Below are positions 56,000-58,366 of a stretch of DNA of 58,366 nucleotides, piece by piece. Every line of letters starts with the position of its first letter. Position 1 is the first letter of the stretch. Source of the DNA: a virus; the IMG/VR virus record IMGVR_UViG_3300029288_006769, positions 1 through 58,366 of that record. One strand, given 5' to 3'. The notes under the pieces are model-generated. The model saw nothing but the letters and a program-made list of their open reading frames with translations, was not told the origin of the DNA and ran no database searches. A program made the position numbers and the translations under genes.

Positions 56000-56163
56000 T
56001 CAGTCTCGTAAGGCACGAGCACATCAAGTTATTGGGGCTATAGGATCTGTAGTCCCATCTTTTTTGGGTTCTTCGGCCTCGTCTGCTCTACACAATTTAG
56101 TCTGTTTATCGAAAAGCTGACACCCGACTAAAATGCAATAGTAATAATTTTTGGGTTTTGTCA

Positions 56164-56556
56164 TTACTCACCTGGCTTATCGATTACTCGAAGATGTGCT
56201 ACTCGAGCATTGAAGATACAACAGAATGTGCTGTCTATGTAATTGTAAACAATTTTACCCATGTACCACTGTTCTTTACGATCTCCGAACTCATTGTCTA
56301 TGATTTGTGCGATTTTAAGCTCTGCTTGATAGAGTTTGTTCGATTCGCTTTCGCTCACGCACACTTCAATTGCGGCCCCATTTTGGAAAAGTAAAGCAAT
56401 ATTCGGATTTAAGACAAGTAGTCTTTCACATTCTTTTTCAAGAGCCCCGGTAATAAGTTCAGTGAGTCCATCAGAATATTGGGTGAATCCACCAGTATAC
56501 ATCCAGGTGCCGTTTGGATTTTGGATGATACATACTTTATATGTCATTTCGTCCAT
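56164..56556 (-). CDS. hypothetical protein
   Basis: Track ORF with SD AAGGAG. Confidence 0.4.
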   Translation of the reverse strand: MDEMTYKVCIIQNPNGTWMYTGGFTQYSDGLTELITGALEKECERLLVLNPNIALLFQNGAAIEVCVSESESNKLYQAELKIAQIIDNEFGDRKEQWYMGKIVYNYIDSTFCCIFNARVAHLRVIDKPGE

Positions 56557-56754
56557 GTCACGCTCCTTTATTCGAGTTTACGTACCCATGAATTTTCAAA
56601 ACTCGTATCAGCTCCGAAAACCTCTGTTATCTTGTCTCTGACAGTGTGAACAGCTTTGCAGCCTTCTGTCATATGTGGGTCATAAGTTTTCGTACGAGAT
56701 AACGGTTACAATCACGGTGAAAACTGATGTTGATACTACATTTTTCTCTCCGTT

Positions 56755-57234
56755 CTATTTGGATCGAGTTTTCTTGGGAAACAGAGATGTTTTTCTTGGG
56801 ACAGGGCTCTTTTTGAGAACAGCAAGAACTCGCTGGTAGCTCAAACCGACTACTTTGCGTTTGCTTTTGTATTTTGTCCATCCGCAAAAAGCACATTTCA
56901 ACCCATAAGACTGCTCAACAAGACATGATTCGTTACAAGAAGGACATTTGAGTTTTTGTTTCTTCGCTTTAATGGGAGCATAATTTTGACAAGTGTGCTC
57001 AACTGCTTTTAAGAATTCATAAATTGCATAGGCATGTTGTTTTTTGCGGGGGCAATGTAAGTGCTTATCGTAACAGAACACGAATTTGTTTCTGATCCAT
57101 AGACCGTGTTTCGTTTTAGTACGACCAAACTTGATATCTTTTACGGGTATTTCAACTTTTGTTATATTAACAATTACAAAACTGACAGCTAGTCTTACTG
57201 GCAGACTGTTTAAATTGACATAATAATCTTTCAT
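56755..57234 (-). CDS. basic protein with a CxxC...CxxC zinc ribbon
   Basis: CPSCNESC...CAFCGW. Confidence 0.35.
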   Translation of the reverse strand: MKDYYVNLNSLPVRLAVSFVIVNITKVEIPVKDIKFGRTKTKHGLWIRNKFVFCYDKHLHCPRKKQHAYAIYEFLKAVEHTCQNYAPIKAKKQKLKCPSCNESCLVEQSYGLKCAFCGWTKYKSKRKVVGLSYQRVLAVLKKSPVPRKTSLFPKKTRSK

Positions 57235-57243
57235 GATCTTCCT

Positions 57244-57498
57244 TTAATAAAGTGTTGCTATCTTTTCTTTATCACGAAAATTATTGGTTTCGTAATAACC
57301 AGCAGTTAAAGACGATCTTGCTTCATTAAAGGCTATAATCTCTCGAGCTGATTTTTTGACGGTACCTTCGTGCTTGTCCACTGTACAAAAATCATGATCA
57401 AGCAGATCTTGGTCTTGAATCATTCTTATTAAGTCTCTGCCCTTCATAATACTTCTTTCTACGACTGAAAAAGCCAAGAAAAAGAAATCCACATGCAA
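57244..57498 (-). CDS. small protein, tandem paralog A
   Basis: MKGRDLIRMIQDQDLLDHDFCTVDKHEGTVKKSAREIIAFNEAR... It is ~70% identical to 57645..57848. Confidence 0.4.
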   Translation of the reverse strand: MHVDFFFLAFSVVERSIMKGRDLIRMIQDQDLLDHDFCTVDKHEGTVKKSAREIIAFNEARSSLTAGYYETNNFRDKEKIATLY

Positions 57499-57644
57499 TT
57501 ATTGAGTGCAAAATTCCTGTAATAAACGTGTTGAAAGAAGTGACTTTAACAAGGTCGGTATGCAATAACAAGCTTTCAGTATAACACTGTAAAGCCATGC
57601 CGGAAAACAACACGAAGACAATATTAAACAACCTATCTTTTTCC

Positions 57645-57848
57645 TTAGTTAAAAATTGCTATTTTTTCATCGCTGTTAAAATTATCAGTTTCGTAATAAC
57701 CACCAGCAGAGGACAATCTTGCATCGTTAAAGACTATAATCTCCCGAGCTGATTTTTTGATAGCACCTTCATGTCTGTCCACCGTACAAAAATCATGGTC
57801 GAGTAGATTTTGTTCCCGAATCATTTTTATTAAGTCTCTGCCCTTCAT
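57645..57848 (-). CDS. small protein, tandem paralog B
   Basis: MKGRDLIKMIREQNLLDHDFCTVDRHEGAIKKSAREIIVFNDAR... Confidence 0.4.
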   Translation of the reverse strand: MKGRDLIKMIREQNLLDHDFCTVDRHEGAIKKSAREIIVFNDARLSSAGGYYETDNFNSDEKIAIFN

Positions 57849-58366
57849 AGTTTCTTCCTATTCTATTTCCTTGTCAATATTTTATAAAAACAATATCGAT
57901 TATCTTCAGAAAGGTTGCCAATGACAAAAGAACAATGGCAAAGTTTAAAAGTCGGTGATTTTATCTACTCAAAAACTGGAAGTAAACGAGAAATCGTAAA
58001 AATCTCCCAAAAAAATGGATTAACTGATTGTGTTTCTTTAAAAATTTTGCGTCATTCAAAGTACAACGATAAACTAACCGTTTATTGCGCAAACGATCGT
58101 AAACACTGGCAGCTTAAATTGTAACCCAAACAGTAGTAGACAGTTTTTCAACATTGATTGGTACGTAATTTTTTGACTCAATACGAAATTTTTCGGGTAC
58201 ATCGAAGCTAAACATTTTGTATTTTTTATCTCCTGCTAAAATAGCAGCTTCTTTATCAAGGATATTTATCTTTGTTTTCAAGAAAGCCAAATAGGTATAC
58301 AGACCTGTAAATACATTATTTTTGACACAGACAAAACCGGCTTCGAGAAGCAATTGAACGGTCAAA

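Noticed and set aside
56755-57234. Transposase or integrase candidate at the right edge
   Set aside because: Only a CxxC zinc ribbon and basic tail are recognisable. There is no DDE, tyrosine or serine recombinase motif.

Overview
This 58.4-kb window reads as a contiguous segment of a large, apparently virulent tailed-phage genome of about 40% GC. It has four blocks.

(1) 1–12.3 kb is a mixed-orientation accessory block. It holds a tail-fibre-like gene running off the left edge, an amber-suppressor tRNA (anticodon CUA) 2 nt downstream of a PTH2-like peptidyl-tRNA hydrolase gene, a GNAT acetyltransferase, an HNH nuclease, a Na+/Ca2+-exchanger (CaCA) membrane protein and a lipoprotein.

(2) 12.3–34.4 kb is a strictly unidirectional minus-strand array of about 50 mostly tiny genes (20–360 aa). 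Almost every gene sits behind the same ~28-nt element; read on the coding strand it is (C)ACGATATAG-n7-11-AACAAGGAGAG-n4-8-ATG. This block also contains an rIIA-like GHKL ATPase (725 aa) and an rIIB-like gene, an FtsK/SpoIIIE-type ATPase, a DUF932 protein, two SWIM zinc-finger proteins, a J-domain-like protein, paralogous gene pairs, and chains of overlapping micro-ORFs.

(3) 34.6–41.2 kb is a divergently transcribed plus-strand block of tightly coupled small genes. Its coding strand is extremely C-depleted and G/T-rich. Four of its proteins end in the same KxKFKW(L/I)A(E/K) tail. It also encodes an RHH regulator, Zn-ribbon proteins and a SAM-methyltransferase. The divergence point at 34.44–34.58 kb carries iteron-like repeats.

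(4) 41.4–58.4 kb is an AT-richer block. It has a type IV minor-pilin-like operon (PilV/W/X-like) driven by the same phage promoter motif, a small ABC/AAA ATPase three-gene cassette, a Cys-X5-Arg phosphatase, a class-3 lipase, a zinc-finger/PD-(D/E)XK-like nuclease and tandem small paralogs.

I found no rRNA, CRISPR array, integrase or transposase. Manually derived coordinates may be off by 1–3 nt; coordinates taken from the ORF track are exact.
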